NCBI GenBank assembly: GCA_963829055.1
Contig: CAWHHI010000003.1
Location: forward strand, 416,001-480,000
Origin: an uncultured Gemmatimonadaceae bacterium
GTDB taxonomy: Bacteria; Gemmatimonadota; Gemmatimonadetes; Gemmatimonadales; Gemmatimonadaceae
Direction: 5' to 3'
DNA: 64,000 bases
Part shown: piece by piece, positions 63,635 through 64,000 of the stretch
Layout of the letters: each line of letters begins with the position of its first letter
Position numbering within the stretch: position 1 is the stretch's first letter
The notes under the pieces: model-generated
What the model was told of the DNA's origin: nothing
The model's database searches: none
The model's input: only the letters and a program-made list of their open reading frames with translations
Made by a program: the position numbers and the translations under genes

Positions 63635-64000
63635 GGGCGACCATCTTCGACTACGGGGCGGGGAACATCCACTCGCTCGCGAAGGCCATTGAAGCGGCGG
63701 GAGCGACGGTAGTCGTCGAGCCTGATCCGCGCCGCGCCGTGGACACGGACGTGTTGGTGCTTCCCGGGGTCGGTGCGTTCGGTGCGGCAGCCGAGCGCTT
63801 GGCGCCTGGGCGAGACGCGATGCGTGATGCGCTCGCAAACGGCCTCCCCTGCCTCGGCATCTGTCTCGGCATGCAGCTGTTCCTCGATGGGAGCGAGGAA
63901 AGCGCGCCTAACGCCGGCGGGCTCGGCATCATCCCGGGGCAGGTGACGCGACTCCGAGCGCGGCACGTACCACAGATCGGATGGAACTCCATCGATCAGG
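63631..64000 (+). CDS. hisH: Imidazole glycerol phosphate synthase glutaminase subunit (runs off window)
   Basis: Read directly from sequence: FDYGAGNIHSL, LPGVGAF, LGICLGMQL, VPQIGWN. Confidence 0.93.
   Translation, partial: MRATIFDYGAGNIHSLAKAIEAAGATVVVEPDPRRAVDTDVLVLPGVGAFGAAAERLAPGRDAMRDALANGLPCLGICLGMQLFLDGSEESAPNAGGLGIIPGQVTRLRARHVPQIGWNSIDQ

Larger units (their letters stand above)
591..63913. repeat. Dispersed, highly iterated heptamer CCTAACG/CGTTAGG
   Basis: At least 36 exact copies counted by eye (21 CCTAACG, 15 CGTTAGG) plus 6 CCTAAC variants; positions listed under findings. Confidence 0.8.

Noticed and set aside
591..63913. CCTAA/TTAGG as telomere-like repeat or adapter contamination
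   Set aside because: Copies are isolated, in frame within intact genes and never in arrays
1..64000. CRISPR array, rRNA, tRNA, prophage or IS elements
   Set aside because: No regularly spaced direct repeats, recognisable structural RNA genes, integrase, transposase or phage genes seen by eye
1..64000. Many long overlapping or antisense ORFs in the track (e.g. 49047..50099, 45512..46276, 58399..59223)
   Set aside because: Arg/Ala/Pro-rich shadow frames of well-supported genes, as expected in high-GC DNA

Overview
High-GC bacterial chromosomal segment, most likely Gemmatimonadota (inferred from gene content and style, not tested). It is mostly housekeeping genes: a GAF/PAS histidine kinase with an HD-GYP response regulator, a TolC-MFP-RND efflux operon, cardiolipin synthase, S41 and M28 peptidases, two cold-shock proteins, an NrtR-like regulator, a GH3 hydrolase, moeB, divergent argCBD and argR-argGH clusters, ispG, uvsE, a blue-copper protein and the start of hisGDCH. 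I see no rRNA, tRNA, CRISPR array, integrase or transposase. About a dozen otherwise intact genes are split by apparent single indels, which looks like long-read assembly error rather than decay. Most notable: (1) a non-palindromic heptamer CCTAACG/CGTTAGG found by eye at least 36 times, inside genes via rare codons and as stop codons; (2) a four-gene operon at 30229-33841 that looks like a non-canonical chaperone-usher-type fimbrial system; (3) a probably membrane-anchored protein with a degenerate [FeFe]-hydrogenase/Nar1-like domain, divergent from a Crp/Fnr regulator; (4) an unannotated His-rich leader peptide and attenuator upstream of hisG; (5) an orphan plasmid-type replication-initiator homologue; (6) a bipartite acidic/histone-H1-like protein.
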